A DNA stretch of 64,000 nt from Mizuhopecten yessoensis (taxonomy: Eukaryota). Position numbers and translations under genes: made by a program. The DNA is taken from contig NW_018408770.1 in assembly GCF_002113885.1 (NCBI RefSeq), forward strand, positions 838,458 to 902,457. The letters run 5' to 3'. Positions within the stretch are counted from its first letter, which is position 1; each line of letters begins with the position of its first letter. Below are positions 25,511 through 40,344 of this stretch, one piece after another. The notes under the pieces are model-generated. The model was not told the origin of the DNA. It saw nothing but the letters and a program-made list of their open reading frames with translations, and ran no database searches.

Positions 25511-28500
25511 AATATACTCGCGTCATAATATTGGTGTAGTCATTTGTAAATATTCAGCATGCTTTGGTGTTCGCAGCCGGGGTCCAGAATTATCTAAAAT
25601 ATATCGCAGGCTTGGTTAATGTTGTTTCATACTAGATTGTGAATTCAATTTTAAATCTCATAAATTCTGTGCTCAAAGTAAAATTGACAAAGTTTGAACA
25701 GTTTTGATATATATATTCGTGACAGAAACGGCACACAGCATTATCAGGTAAGTTATGTATGCAAGGTTGTCTTAAAGTCATCGTGCTCGATATCTCCTCA
25801 CTGACTTTCCCAACCATATCAAAATGTGCTCGTGTTAATGTCTCTAATGGTTGTTTGAGTAGTTGAAACAATAAAAGTTTGTTTCAAATTCATCTGTTTA
25901 AATAAAATAAAAAAATGTTTGACAGAAAACAGAAGGCAAATGCAATACTTTCCATAAAGTTGGAGACAAAGACTAAGTATTCAAATTACTAATAGACGAC
26001 AATAAAAGAAATTAAGCGGTATTTGTTTGGAGCGTAAGTGCAGATAAGTCCATTTATCTGGTAATTTTACAGAAAACATGGATATGGGAATGAAAACCAA
26101 CCACTTGTTTTGTACCAGAAAGTGTGCACCCCCACAGAAACTTGATGACGGGGCCATGTGATAAGGGTTAGAATTCTACGTGTGTTGGTGTAGGGTTACT
26201 TATCCTTTAGCCATCTGTCACATGCATGCAGTAGACATGTGTTGTATACACACTGCACTATCACCGTTTATATATCTTTCCAGGACGTATGTATAATAGG
26301 AGGGACCACTCCACAAACTGGCTAGTTTAGTGACAGGAGCTGTACTGTGGTCCTGTGCTGTTTTCTTCCTCAAGGGGATTTACCCAATCTTTGGTAAGTT
26401 TTCTTTGAATGTCTGCATGGCCCCATCAGCATTGACAATATTGGGTTTTCATATCATGCCAAGTTTGACAGCTTCTTTTGGGAAAATGTTACATATTGTA
26501 CGTTATACCATCATGTTCCCTGAATCTATAACGTGAAACAGGTTCTCGGAGAACTTACTTTTCAAAAAATTGTATTATTTTGAACATACATTCTGATAGT
26601 ATGTGCCTTACTGTACTTTAGGATTGAGCATGGCATGTCTCAACTCATTATTGCATAAAGACATTTCCAGACAGGGTATTGGTCATTTGGCATTCCTGAA
26701 GATTTGAATACTCTTCGTGGTATGCTAAAATGATCATTGTTGACCATTTACCTAGGCAGAACTGTCAGCTGTGAGACTTTCAGGCACTCAGACTTGATAA
26801 GCTAATTATCTACTATAAGGAATCTGCTTGATAATGCCAAACCATAGAAGAGTTTTGTGAGGTAGATACAGGATACATATCCTTGGTTACAGACATTGTC
26901 TGTAGGCATGCAAAATAAAACAAAAATAAAAATGGTACCAGGTCATGAAGCGATGAGCAGTAGTTGAATGATGTAGGGACTAATTTGGTGGAACAGTCAG
27001 TGACAGATGGAAGCACATCTGTCGGGAGGAGGGTGCAGGTTGGGGGAGGGGGCAGTGGTTTAGAGGGGGCGGTGGAGATAGATATGGCAAAGTTACGTGA
27101 TTATCTAACATATCCCATGTACAAGTAATTTACATTGCAATTCTTCCATGAAGTACATTTATATTGTATTCTTGTCATGTTTTGTTTGCATAATGGTGTA
27201 TATTATGCAACCATGCAGTATTTCTTTCTGCTGTCAGTGTTTCGCAGGAATATTGTGCATAATGTTTTTCCCAATATGTTTTCTACACATAAATTGTGGA
27301 AGGTTATTAAAAGTGTTGGAAATGATATAAGTTAGGTCTGTTGAAGAAAAGTGTAGTGACATTTATCTTTGTAAACAAGTTTTACGAGTGCTCCATGAGA
27401 ACTAATGAGGGATTCATCCTACCAGATAAGTCAATGATTATTTGAAATGTCATTGAGATAAAAGAGCAGTTTTGTATGCAAATACTAGTGTAATAGTGTA
27501 ATCAGTATCATGTATACAGTAATGGGGATTGCTGCGTTATACGTCAAAACTGTACAAATATCACCGTACATATCCTTCTTGTTTGAATTTTGATAAACAA
27601 CTTTAAATTAAATTTTATTTTTTTATTTTTTTATGAAATTCCTTTTGCAATAGAAAATTAATTGAAAAACCAATTAAGGATGAAGTCTTTTGTATGTTAA
27701 AAACTGTCATTTTGTTTAAGAAGACATCTTTATAGGGATATTTACCGTATATACATGCAAATTAAAGCTATGATGCTGTGCTGCTGAGTACAGCTGTAGT
27801 GCAGCAGTGATATTATGCAGATCTGTGCACCGTCACCGTAATCTCCAGTGACATTTCTTCTATCTTCTATATCCTTTTGCAATTTTGTCTGGGAAAGTCT
27901 GATTCCACTTCCTGTATTTGTTAGTCAGCATTTTTGCACTGTATATATGACGATTCATGGCTTTTACAAAATGTTGATTTTTTTATGCCTTCTAAAAGTT
28001 TCAAAAAGATTGAAAACAGAGATAGAACATGTCATTTGTATAATGGTGTTTACTCTAAAGTCAGTCTCAATTAAAAAATGTTGCTTTCAACAATTTGTTT
28101 TTTACGACTATTAGTGTAGTAAATGTCTGACAATTCAAACAAAGGTTGTGGTGATTGCAGTAAGGATCGTACAACCCATATGTTTATGCCATCAGCATCA
28201 AACAGCATTTACCATAACACATTAAAGTGAACATTTGTCTCAATTCAAATACGAATATTGCAGAATGTGGCACGTTTACTATATAGTATCTAGGAGTGTG
28301 CTTTTCCCTGCGTTTGTTTGGCCAGGGATTACCTTTGCGGCTATAAGACAGATAAAGCTGTCCTTATTACAAGGGGCACCTGCCCTTATCAACCTAAAGC
28401 ACACCTTCCCCCATTGGAGGATCATTATTAAGCCTGCATGTACAAATGTTTCTTCTCACATGATTCCAATTTACTGCTGAATTTTCAAGCGTTGTCAGGG

Positions 28501-31500
28501 AAATTGAAGACAGCAGCACATGAAGTTTGATGATAATTTCCTGCAGAGCGGTGCGTTGTCCCCTGTGTAAAGCTTGGAGTATTGAAAGTGTTAACAAATG
28601 AGCAACAATCTTATCAGTATTTAGTACATATTGTACTTCCTGTGTTACAGTGATCAGGATCAAGTACATTTCAATATGGAATCAGTGAAGTTTTTAATTG
28701 ACCAATTAAAAACACATTTGGTGATTGATTAGCCTAAGGAAATGTGAGGTTTCGTTCTACATATGGGTATGAGCCTTAGGAAATGTGAGGTTTCGTTTTA
28801 CATGTGGGTATGATTTTCAATGTGTACTAATTTGATTATTTAGATAAGAAGTAACAGACACATTATGGACTTGATTGGCGGATTGCTGTTATTGATTTCT
28901 CATTATTGGTCTTTTTTGTAACTTTAGAAAATGTTTTCGTAACTTTAGAAAAACATTCTACTATGATACTGCAGCATATAACTATTGAACCAAGCTAAGT
29001 TTCTAGATGTTATCCCCCATATATGTCTTTTACTGTATTTTATGATGGATAAATCATTGATTTCCTTCCCGGTTTTATAATCTTTATTGGTCATACCATT
29101 GATAATGCAAGTAAAAGTACTATAAGGTGGTTCAAAATGAGTTCCTACTAAATTTGTCAGTGGGTTCTTAGTACACATAGTGAACTGTGTATTGAGGTAC
29201 ATGTACTAAGATTGTACGGAGATTTAGAGTAGATCAGTAACTCTGGGATTTCCAGGTGTGTAGTAATGAATACAGAAGAAACAATACTATTTAAAAGGTA
29301 TTCTGAACTAGCTGACGTCATTTAATGTATTCTTAGATCATCAACCATACAACTTGACTGCAGATATGTTACAAATCGGGACCAGAATCAAAGAAGGCAT
29401 ATTAAAGTGGAATTGATTTGTTATTGTAGCTGGCTGTGTGAGTGTAGACTTTGGCAGTGATCAGGTATACACAGATTGCCGGAGATTAACAACAGTTAAA
29501 ATACCTTTTCCTAATTTGAGTGTCGACAAGTTTGGCACTATTTGGTATGGCAGTGGGACTGCAGTGTGGAATTGTACGACTCAGTGTGACGTCGACCAAC
29601 AGTGTGACGTCGACCAACGTAAGCCAAGCAGTGTTGTCAAAATTTGTGTACACTTGAGGCATTCAATATAGATGATTATTAATCCATCCATTTTGTTTCT
29701 TTGTTGAATTATTTGGTCTGTGTCACTATGACAAGGTTCTGTAAGGACATCCCCACCCCCACCCCCCACCTATTGCCTTCTTGCCATGACACTTGAACTT
29801 CATTGAAGTTTTGTCTTCCATGAAAATAGGGAACTGTCAACAGTAACAATAACACAATGGTCCTTGTTTGTCTGCTTGACATCCTTAAATTGTCTCCATT
29901 TTTCAGACAGATATAATCTGCCTCAAACAGAAATATAATTATAAGCACAAGATGATATTCCAAAGGGCGTCACACTAAGTTTGTATTGTGGAGGCATTTC
30001 CTGTGGTACGGGACAAATAAATTGTGAGGTACTACGTAGTCTGGAGTTGTGGATTTAAATGATTACAAAATAATTATGTTATTTATATGAAATTTACGTG
30101 CCTCAAAATTGAACTTGTATGCTAATGTAAGACAGTATCGTGTAGAGATTAGGGTAAGTGAGGTCAAGTAAAACAAAGATATGCAGGTGTCGTAGCGTTG
30201 GTCAGTCTTGGCCAGGACATCTTACCCCAGCCCTCTGGGTGCCCTATCTCAGTTTACATTTTGATAACTAAGCAAACTGAGTGAGAGTGGACAACTTGTC
30301 ATAGTGTCCTGGTACCTCGGCCATTGGTCAGTCTGGCGGTCAAGCTAATCAGTAGCCACCATGGTCCACTTATGGAACTTAACAGAGTCTGGTGACAAGT
30401 AAGCTACATATTTATCTTTATATACATGTATAAGTTAGGATTGGCCATACACTTAAACATTACACAAGTTTTGTTATTTTCTCAAATTGATTTTTTTTTG
30501 ATCGTGTGCCCTTGTTAAAGATCTCAGGTTGGTTGTGTGGGAGTTGATCTATCAAGGAGTGGAGGGCACTGGGGAATGGTGTAGGAGTATATAGGGACAT
30601 CTAGTAGATGTACAAGGTCTCGTTTGTCTGCTAGGGATCCAGGTATCACCACAAGTATGTCTGTATATATTCTGGACGTACACACTTTTTCTAGTTGGCC
30701 TGTTATAATGAGTAGGGTAGATTTGGGTGTAGCTAGATGAGCTAGTTTGTATGACATTACAGGTGCATTTAGTGAAAGGTCAGTTACACCTGTGATAGGT
30801 AAATCGTTATATTGTTCTCAGTGATTGACTGCTGTGGCTGTTTTAAAGGAAGCATGGAGGCTGAACTTACGTGGAGCCTCCATAAATCGGTCACAGGGCT
30901 GCAGTACAATGTGCTGGATTGACAGCTGGAGGGAAGAATACTGTAATTAAACATATACCTGACATATAATGGTGTACACCTACATTGTTACAGTGATCAA
31001 ATTTGAAATATAATACATTACCTTTCTTTCAATCTGGAGGTTTTTTTTTAATCTGAAGACTCACAAAGTTCTTTGCATGATGTCTAAATCTGCATCGAAA
31101 ATGTGTTTAAATAGATATGTAAATGGTTATTGATATAAGAACAGACAGTGCTGACGATGGTTTTGTTGTGTAGGAGGACTATAGCTAGTATAGCAGTAAC
31201 ATGCCTGACTTGTTTCTGTCCATTCATATAAGTATTGGTACAGCTATTAAAATTATTAGGGGGGTAATAGCTAGGTCATGGGTCACAGATCAAAGGCCAT
31301 TAAAAGTATCTACCAAGTATAGGCTATGTCAATATGTTTACACCATTACAGAGTTGGTAAATATTTGGGGTCTTAGCTTGTGCCTTGTAGGTTGAAGAGG
31401 ATTTGGGTCAAGATGGCCATAACTGTTAAATCCCTTCCAGCTTTTTTGGGTGGCTAAGAACTGGTTGGTTTTGTGTGGCCATAGACTTGAGTGTTAGCAA

Positions 31501-33171
31501 AGTATGGTACACTAAAATGGGTTTAGTGTATATCCATCGGATTGGCTTTGTTACCTAAATATTCTCTCTCTAAGGGCTGCCTGTTATGCTATATCAGTTT
31601 CTGTCCTCTTTGTGTATGAATGAAAACTGTTATTTGTATTGTGACACAGGACTTATAGGGAATTTAATCTCTGGTTTATTTATGGATCAGGCACAGTAAG
31701 TCTGGGAGGAGGCTTACACACAACACTCTGTTGTAAGTTCTTCTCATAATTTCTGCCAGATATTATACTCTGTACTAATAAGTCAATAATTACATTATTG
31801 AACAAATTAAGTCTATAGACATGAAAGAAATACTGTATACAGTGCTGATAAATTTGCACCCAGTTAAATATACGCCCTTCACAAGTGAATGTTATATTTG
31901 CCCAGTGTTTTAACTACACCCTGTGTATGCAATTACCATACATACAGTATTTTGTGTACTTATATTTGCTTTTATGATAAATTCCATATTTGCTTTTATG
32001 ATAAATCCCCCCTCATCATGGAAGGCGAACAAATTTAATTGTGGCAAAAATTACCTCCTTATAATACATAACTCAGTAGGTATCATGTCAATTTTAAAGC
32101 TAGACCATTGTAAAAAGTAATGCTGAGTTTGTATGCTTGCAAAATAACAAGTTCCATGAGAATATATAGTAGGGCACATTTTTAAAACACTAGATTAAAA
32201 AATTCTACTTCTACTCAATTGGTAAAGTTTGATTATTCTGTAACGAATATATTACTCAGAACGCCTTGTTGTTATTCATGTTCTGACGTAGATTATGCAG
32301 TATTTTGAAGTCTTACTAACTGGTGATGTGGGTGTGGTCTGTAGATTACCCTGTGATAACTTACCTATATATGTAGATGTGCATTCTCTGCTCCGTCTCT
32401 TATGACACGCTGCATGATCAAAATATCTTTCATCAGACACGCTTCATGATCACGCTCATACCTTCATGAAGCTGATAGATGTACGTTTGGTGAAGCTTCC
32501 CATTATCATAAGTCTGGAAAAAAATGTCTTCTTCACCGCAAAAAAAGTTGTTTGTTATTCTTGTTTATGCATTGAATGAAGTAAAATATGTGCATATGAA
32601 AGTTACATACCATGATGGCAACAGGGCATGAAAGCTAGTGATAATATTGTGATACTGTCACTTAACATAGAGATGACAGTTTGCTTACCGTATACACAAA
32701 ATGTTTAATATAGTAACCATCCTTTAAAAATGATAAAGTTCCAAATAGTAAACCGCCAAAACTTGACCTTCAAAACTGAATACGCTATACAGTAATACTA
32801 CTGTCATTGAACATTTTCTATAGCTAACTAATTAATGAAAATATTAGCTAGGTCATAACATCCTCATGAAATTCATCAGCATCATACAGAAGTAAGTTTC
32901 CTGGAAGCAAACGTAGATGTACATTTGTTTGACTGGCCATTGTTCTACACCTGTTAGATATTATAATACCCATAGGGATAAACCTCAAGCTAAGTCCACT
33001 GTTCTGGTCGAATAAGGTTCCTTTAAACAATATCCAGAATGACCACAATACTCTGGAGTCAGGACCAGTTCCTGTTGCTTAGAGGTCATATCATCTTTGA
33101 CCTTTGTGAACTTAATTACTGGTATATGCTATGTGTTTTACGACAACTCTATTGATTTCGATAGAAATTTA

Positions 33172-33372
33172 ATGTTTGGTTTTATTTAGTTTGTTTGTGT
33201 TTTACGTCCTATTAACAGCTTTGGTAATTTAAGACATGCTAAGTTTTGGTGGTGGAGGACCGCCCTGTGGCCACTGGAAAGTTAATGTCTGCAGACATTT
33301 ATCATGATAGAATTTGTCAATTTTTTTAGACATCCAAACAACAAACCTTTACCACATGAGCTATTGAGCTTT
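33172..33372 (-). mobile_element. Degenerate tRNA-derived SINE fragment
   Basis: A (ttgt)n-like tail followed by ttttacgtcctattaacagc...ttttggtggtggagga resembles the reverse-complemented 3' end of bivalve SINEs as I recall them. The rest is heavily decayed. Confidence 0.4.
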
Positions 33373-33942
33373 GTAAATGCACTACTTTCAAAGATTTACA
33401 CTAATGTGCCTAATCTGGAGAGTGCTTCAGGACCAGCAGAGCCGGTGGGTAGGATTACATAAACAGGAGTCTGGCTCCCAGTAGATGTGGTACACCAGCC
33501 TTGTCAGCTAAACCTTGCTCTCTTATGATTAACGGTAGGTACCTGATCTGACGCTCCCCCACACCAAAACACTGGTATTGTAGTCTACTGTATGACTTAT
33601 AGCATGTCTGTACAGAATAAAGGTAAAGAGAAATGGGTTTTTTGTGGTAAGCAGTATTTGGTGCTTGTCCCCTGATGTTTTCCTGCACAGAATGGACAGC
33701 ATGATTTAGGTGTGTGTGCGAGACACTTCCAAGTGTTGCATGCACTGTGTCTAAGTTTTGACTCCTACTGCAGTGTTCTATCTGAAGAACTAAAGTAAGG
33801 GTTTGGGGAGAGAAGGAAGGAGTCTGAAAGACCATCAAACCCAACTCAGGGATCTACCACTTTGTATTGATTTTAAAAGCTTGATAGCATAGACTTAGTC
33901 AATAAGAATGACCTAAACAGAACAGATGTGTACTCTATACCT

Positions 33943-34464
33943 TATTCTGACATTGGGTAATTATGATCTATTCTGACATTGGGTAATTTTGATCTATTCT
34001 GACATTGGGTAATTATGGTCTATTCTGACATTGGGTAATTATGATCTATTCTGACGTTGGGTAATTATGATCTATTCGGACGTTGGGTAATTATGATCTA
34101 TTCTGACATTGAGTAATTATGATAAATTCTGACATTGGGTAATTATGATCTATTCTGCCGTTGGGTAATTATGATCTATTCTGACATTTGGTAATTATGA
34201 TCTATTCTGACATTGGGTAATTATGGTCTATTCTGACATTGGGTAATTATGATTTATTTTGACATTAGGTAATTATGATCTATTCTGACGTTGGGAAATG
34301 ATGATATATTCTGACGTTGGGTAATTATGATCTATTCGGACGTTGGGTAATTATGATCTATTCTGACATTGGGTAATTTTGATCTATTCTGACATTGGGT
34401 AATTATGATCTATTCTGACGTTGGGTAATTATGATCTATTCTGACATTGGGTAATTAATGATCT
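33943..34464. repeat. 26-bp minisatellite, ~20 copies
   Basis: Unit tattctgacattgggtaattatgatc, period 26. Confidence 0.97.
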
Positions 34465-35006
34465 GTGTTTATTGCTATTTGCTAAATTATGAAAAACAAT
34501 TATGCAAAAAAAGTCTTTGATGGGTGCCAGTGAAGTATCTGGACACTTACTTCATTGCAAAGTAACACTATATGGTGCAATTTTGCAAAATTAAGGTGAG
34601 TCCAAGACAAAATAGTAAGACTCAGGATTCTGTCTCTATGATACTGCAATCTGAGGGTTTATGAAATCAAAGTGTATAAGATTTCTACTTGAGCAATGGT
34701 ATTACCAGTTATGTACTGCTTCAGTGCTTATGTTCCTCAAACAGATTGCTTTACTAAGCTACTTTGCGGAACCTCCAGTAGATTGAATTATCAAGTTAAT
34801 TGAATTGACCTCCAGTAAATTGCTTTATTAAGATAATTTGATTGATATCAACTACTTCAGTACATAAGATTGACCCATGCAACATCCAGTGGTGAACTCA
34901 ACCGTCATCTGGTGTTAACTAATTAACAGTAGGTTCTTTGCAATTGGTCAACAGTCTTGGTCAGTCAACAGTCTTGGTCAATCATTTAAATCACTGCTGA
35001 ATTTGA

Positions 35007-35420
35007 TTTTTATGCCTCTACTATTTTATCGGGGCCTATACAGTGTTACCAATGCCCGTCCTGTTTTGTCCTGTTTTGATCCTTCTAAGGACTTCATTCA
35101 TTGATGGATTTTGTTTAGATTATACACAAAGGTCAAGCAATGTGAGAATAACTTGAATGAGGTCCTATTTCAGAGTTCCAGGGTCAATTAAAGCCTAGGT
35201 CATTGTTACTTTTTGTCAATTAGTTTAGTGATGACACTCTAGCAACTCCATGTCCTAATGGATTTTGGTCAAACTTTTATACAAAGGTCAAATAGGATAT
35301 TTCAGGGTTCAATGATCTATGCATTTAAGGTCATTATTATTATTTATGAAAATTTATTGAGTTGATGCCTCTAATTTGCATTGATGTGGAGGCATTCATG
35401 TCTTACAGACATTTTCAAGT
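35007..35420 (+). mobile_element. Short degenerate HINE/Helentron-like element
   Basis: tttttatgcctc at the 5' end, gtcc-type microsatellite remnant, inverse gaggcat (35389-35395), terminal hairpin atgtct-tac-agacat and T-rich end. Confidence 0.55.
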
Positions 35421-37336
35421 TTTATTTTATTTAAATTAAAGAAAAACCTATATCATTTATAATATATCTGCATTCATTGAAAATGGTAGCAATGGATTGT
35501 GAACAAAAGAAATTAAAAAGCATGCCTGGCAATCTATTATTTCAAATATAGAAGCATAACATTTGTTGCAATAAGAAGTGAAGGTTATATGCTACCTTGC
35601 ACATTGTACAATGTACATGTACCACTTAAAAATGTTTGCATTCATGCATGTTATGAAAATATGCCATTAGTTAAATTGGTCAGATATATTAGGTATCTTT
35701 AAGTATGTAACTCTCTGAAAAGGGGATTCATCACACAGTAATTTAAGAAAGCATACACCCTTAAGTCAGTGGCAGGGATTTCCAGATGTTATAATTGTTA
35801 TTTTAATTTCTAAATCTTGCCAGTTTTTATATAAGTTTAATTTCATTGATGTAGGTATTGTACCTTTGCCGTAGGTCTCCGTTACACGGTATATTTACAC
35901 TTTACTTACTGTTACTGTAGGATTCCAACTAAACAAATAACAGACATTTATATAAACATATACCTGCATGTTTATAGCCAGTGGACAAAACTCTGTTGCC
36001 GCTCTGTCTGTAAAAACTAAATAGAAATTGATTTGATTACAATCCCTAGGGGTGAAAAGGACACAGTCAACATATATTTCCGGATACTTACAATGTATAT
36101 GTATACTTACAACATGACTAGAAGGGGAACTATATGTCACTATATAAGTATAACACACAAGCTGAGTGCGGGTCTGGAGTATTAGAGTGAAACATACACT
36201 CCCTGTGGAGTTATATAGGAGCAAATACAGGAGGGCAAGCGTGCTAATAGGGATTAAATAATAAATACCCGGTATATAAGATAAAAAGTAATGTTATATA
36301 GGTGAACTTTGACTGAGACAAGCTACTGTACTGGTGAAGTACTACAAAGGCATTAGACTTGGAAGAATGGTGCTAATTGGTTAGGTTTTCTGAATGTGCT
36401 TAGTAAGCAAAATATACAGTTGGTGCTAATAGACTTCCAAAAGGCATTGATAGGCATGCAGTGCTAATGATGTCAAAGTGGTAAATGATGTATTTTACCT
36501 GGTTGTGCTAGGTCCCTTTAAAAGTTTTCGACAGCTTGTGTTGATTACAAACTGGAAGCATAACACACCTCCTCAGCTATGATAAATTGTGATCAGGGTA
36601 GAGATGTAAGGTTTTGGCAGTTTAATGATGTAGTGATTGGTCTTGATTGCTGGACCAAGTTCTTGTAAGATAGTGTTCAGATCTGACACCAGTACTTGTT
36701 GGACTTACACAGAATGGAAACATTTATTCTGTAACGTGTGGCTACGCAAGATAAGGACTATCAATATATTTATAGTGATATAATGCACCGCTTATCACCT
36801 GCATTCACCCACCAGGTATGCTGATGATTGGCTACAGGAGTTTGTAACATTGATTCTGTGGCTAGGAACATGGGTTTAACCTCACACTTATATAAGGTAA
36901 TGATGGATTATCCTAGAAGGGAACCGTGAGGAAAGTGGAAATATCAGTGCCAGGTAAAACTAGAATTACTGAAATATTGGAAATGAGAAGAAATGAGATA
37001 CAAAATACATTTGAATTGTTGCACACTCAGTGAACTTTGATATATAACTGGCTATCTCTTGGTTTTTTCATTACTTTGTAATTATCATGAATGCTAGTTA
37101 GGTGGAGGAGCTCTCTGAACTTTGTAATCAAGAAATCATGTTAATATATGGCTTTTAAAAGATTTAATGCTCAAAAATTAAAATGTAAAATATCGAACAT
37201 TACATAGGGACCTTAATGATGAAACTTTCTTGTAGGATGTGTTTCCAGATTATTCTAAATAATATTCATTAATACAGTACAACTTATATGCCAGTGTTGT
37301 ATGTACAACAACAAATAAATGAAGAGCTGCTTTTCC

Positions 37337-37514
37337 GTCTTTGCGTATTGCAGAGTTATCTTCTCTTGAGAGCAGGTATTGATTGTTACGTCATTTGTTT
37401 GTGAGAGGAACGTCATCAATTTTTGAGAAAACAACGTAATTTTCTCACACGAACCGATGACGTAACAATCAATACCTGCTCTAACGAGAAGATAACTCTG
37501 TAATACGCAAAGAC
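37337..37514. mobile_element. 178-bp foldback (palindromic) MITE
   Basis: gtctttgcgtattgcagagttatcttctc...gcaggtattgattgttacgtcat pairs with atgacgtaacaatcaatacctgc...gagaagataactctgtaatacgcaaagac over ~70 bp. Confidence 0.85.
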
Positions 37515-40344
37515 CTTATATATATATTGATCAGGCGGTTCTATTTACATGTTTATTATAGATACATCACTTAGATACATCACTTAGCATATCACCAGTC
37601 ACCACCCTCTATACCACACACTGGGATATATGCTACCACCTTCTACAGCTAGTACTGAATGTAAATGAATGGTTCAAATCTCATATGAAATGGAAACACA
37701 TGCATGTAAAACCTTTTTTTATTACAAATTTTTGCAAATATTGAATAAAAAAGTGTGGTGTTTTTTTTGCATAAATTTTAAAGACTGAAATTCCACCATC
37801 TTGGCTGTATCACTGTTGTCAACATTGTGACGTCATGATATATAATCTGGAAGGCTAAATGTTCTTTCGTTATCATTTGATGACATCATGATTATTGTTA
37901 CATGTGTTCATTCACTGCATAACACTGTTTATAATTGCCTACCTGTATATGTAGGTACGGTAGATTTACTAGCCCATACAACTAAGTGTTTATTATTGAG
38001 TATATGACTGTACTGTTATCAATGTTCACTACTATGACAGGTGGTGTGTTTATCACTGTTCCCACAGAGTGATCAATGGACACATCACTGACACATAGGT
38101 ACTTTACATATAACACTGTAGGACAGTTTGACCTTCAGTCATTAGGAGACCCTACAATGCTCTACAACCCGACACTTGTCTAAAACCCATCTCCCTATCA
38201 TATATTAACTGGACACTGATGGATTCAGTATTGACCAGGGTCCACTGAGGTGATGGGACTGGTCCCAAAAATATTGTAGTCAGACTGTAAAACGTAAAGT
38301 ATTAGGACCTCATCCCATCGCTGTTACTGCATACTCCTTCATAAGAAGGGCCTGGACACTGAGATTCCCAGATAGTCTGATCAGGATAGAACCGACCATG
38401 GTATAAGATATATGAGGTTAGTGGAATAGGTCATGCAGTAAAACGTTTGGATTGATTTGAGATAATTACTGCCTGGTAAATTTATCTGTGGTAAACAGAG
38501 GCCCTCAGTGAAAAAAAGTTCCGTCCCACTGTTACATCAGAGCTGACACGCCCCTTCTCACTCAGGGGAAGAAGGACGGCTTTGTCCCAGGGCAGCCACT
38601 CTGGAGGGGTGGCTACAATACCCCCTTATCCAGGGCTAGTCAGGCTGATACACAACTCAGTGTTAGACTTTAGAATTTGTCACCAATGGAGAGAACCAAT
38701 ACCACTTGTTTAAGACCATTGTCTTTCCATTATAATAGTGATGATAATGAGGATTTATTTTGCTGATACATGTATTATGCTTAATGAACCAGAGCAGATT
38801 TAACTTGTCATATTTAGAGAGGATTATTGATACATGAACTAGTATCTTCCTCATAAACTACTGAGGAAAACAAAATGTTGATAAAGAAAGTGCTACAACT
38901 GCTGTAATAAAAGCTGTAAACTGATATTACAAACAGCAAAAATCGTGATGTAAATCTTCTAATTACTGTAAAAGTTTTGAAGATTATATATTTTTATCAC
39001 TTAATTTAAGAAGAATTACTAAAATTGGTAGGTTAAAGAATGCAGTTATGCATTCATCCCATGATCAGGCACTGACATCACCTAAAGGTCTATGACTGCT
39101 TCTAAGATTCTTAAGTTAGAACCCCATATTTGGATAAAGCAGGTTCTATAGAAATCACTTTGTTGCTTATAAAAAGCCCACCACAATTGGTTGCAAGCAG
39201 ATTTTTTTTTTAGTCAGCCATAGTTGACTGATTTAATGTGTAAATGGAGTAGTTGTCACAAGAGACAGTTAAAATCCTAAGCAAAGCAATCCTGTGGTCT
39301 GTAATAGATAGTTGTAATTATTTACCTATGACGACTGCAGTATACCCCCACCAGGGCAGTGCTGAAAGTGTGTGATGTATGGTGTTTCCCTGACGATGAC
39401 CCCTGACCCCTGACCTATGTCCTGGAGGCTGGGCGAGGTCACTGGATGTCTAAGTAGCCCTGTCATGTGTTAGGGTGAACACCTCTGTCTCAGCTGTCAC
39501 AGGAACTGACCTCACACCCCCATCAAAGGGCTAGTGATGTATGCTGGCCACAGGTAGGCCAGCTTCACTCTCACCTTCACTCCATTGGTCCTTGTCATTG
39601 GTGACCTTGAGTCCAATGTCAATACCTTTTAAGAGGACCATATCTCGATCACAGAATAAAGAAATTGCTATCAATCTGTGAGCTGTATTTCATTTTCAAA
39701 GTATATTTTAGTGTGCATGAAGTATTTCAATTTACATCAACAAAGGTAGCCCTTATGTCGATCTTATACTTGTATCATTAACGGCAACCTTACTCAAAGA
39801 CATATAGCCCCCTTTGTACGAACATAGCAGTGCAGTTATATATACAGGGTGATAGGGAGCCTGGAGGGAGGGAGGTAAACAAGGCAGTGAAAGTCAGTAC
39901 TGTTTATAGTGTACAAACATACAGCCATCAGGTATATACTTGTATATAAAAAAATCAATTACGCTCAGATGAAAAGTCAATAGTGAGAACCGTAGGTAAA
40001 AGTAATACCTATTGATTGGTTCAGTACTTTGTTCCTCATCACTTCCAGTTGAAACCAGGACAGGTATTACAAATAGGTTAAGGATCTACAATGTGGTCAG
40101 ACGGGTAGACTTAGAGTGTGGTATGCCCTACAGCTGGTTATTTATGTCATAAATTTAGATGGTATTGTATCTGTATCTGCTACAAACCTAATTTTATCTG
40201 AGGCATTATAAACAAAACCTGGTAAAGTATGTAATTGACATGTCCACATCTACAGTGACCTGTTGTGATTCTGTAGATATATCTGTATGACTGTATGACT
40301 TGTCCATCATGACAAGTACATTGTCAAAGGTGCGTCGTTATTTA

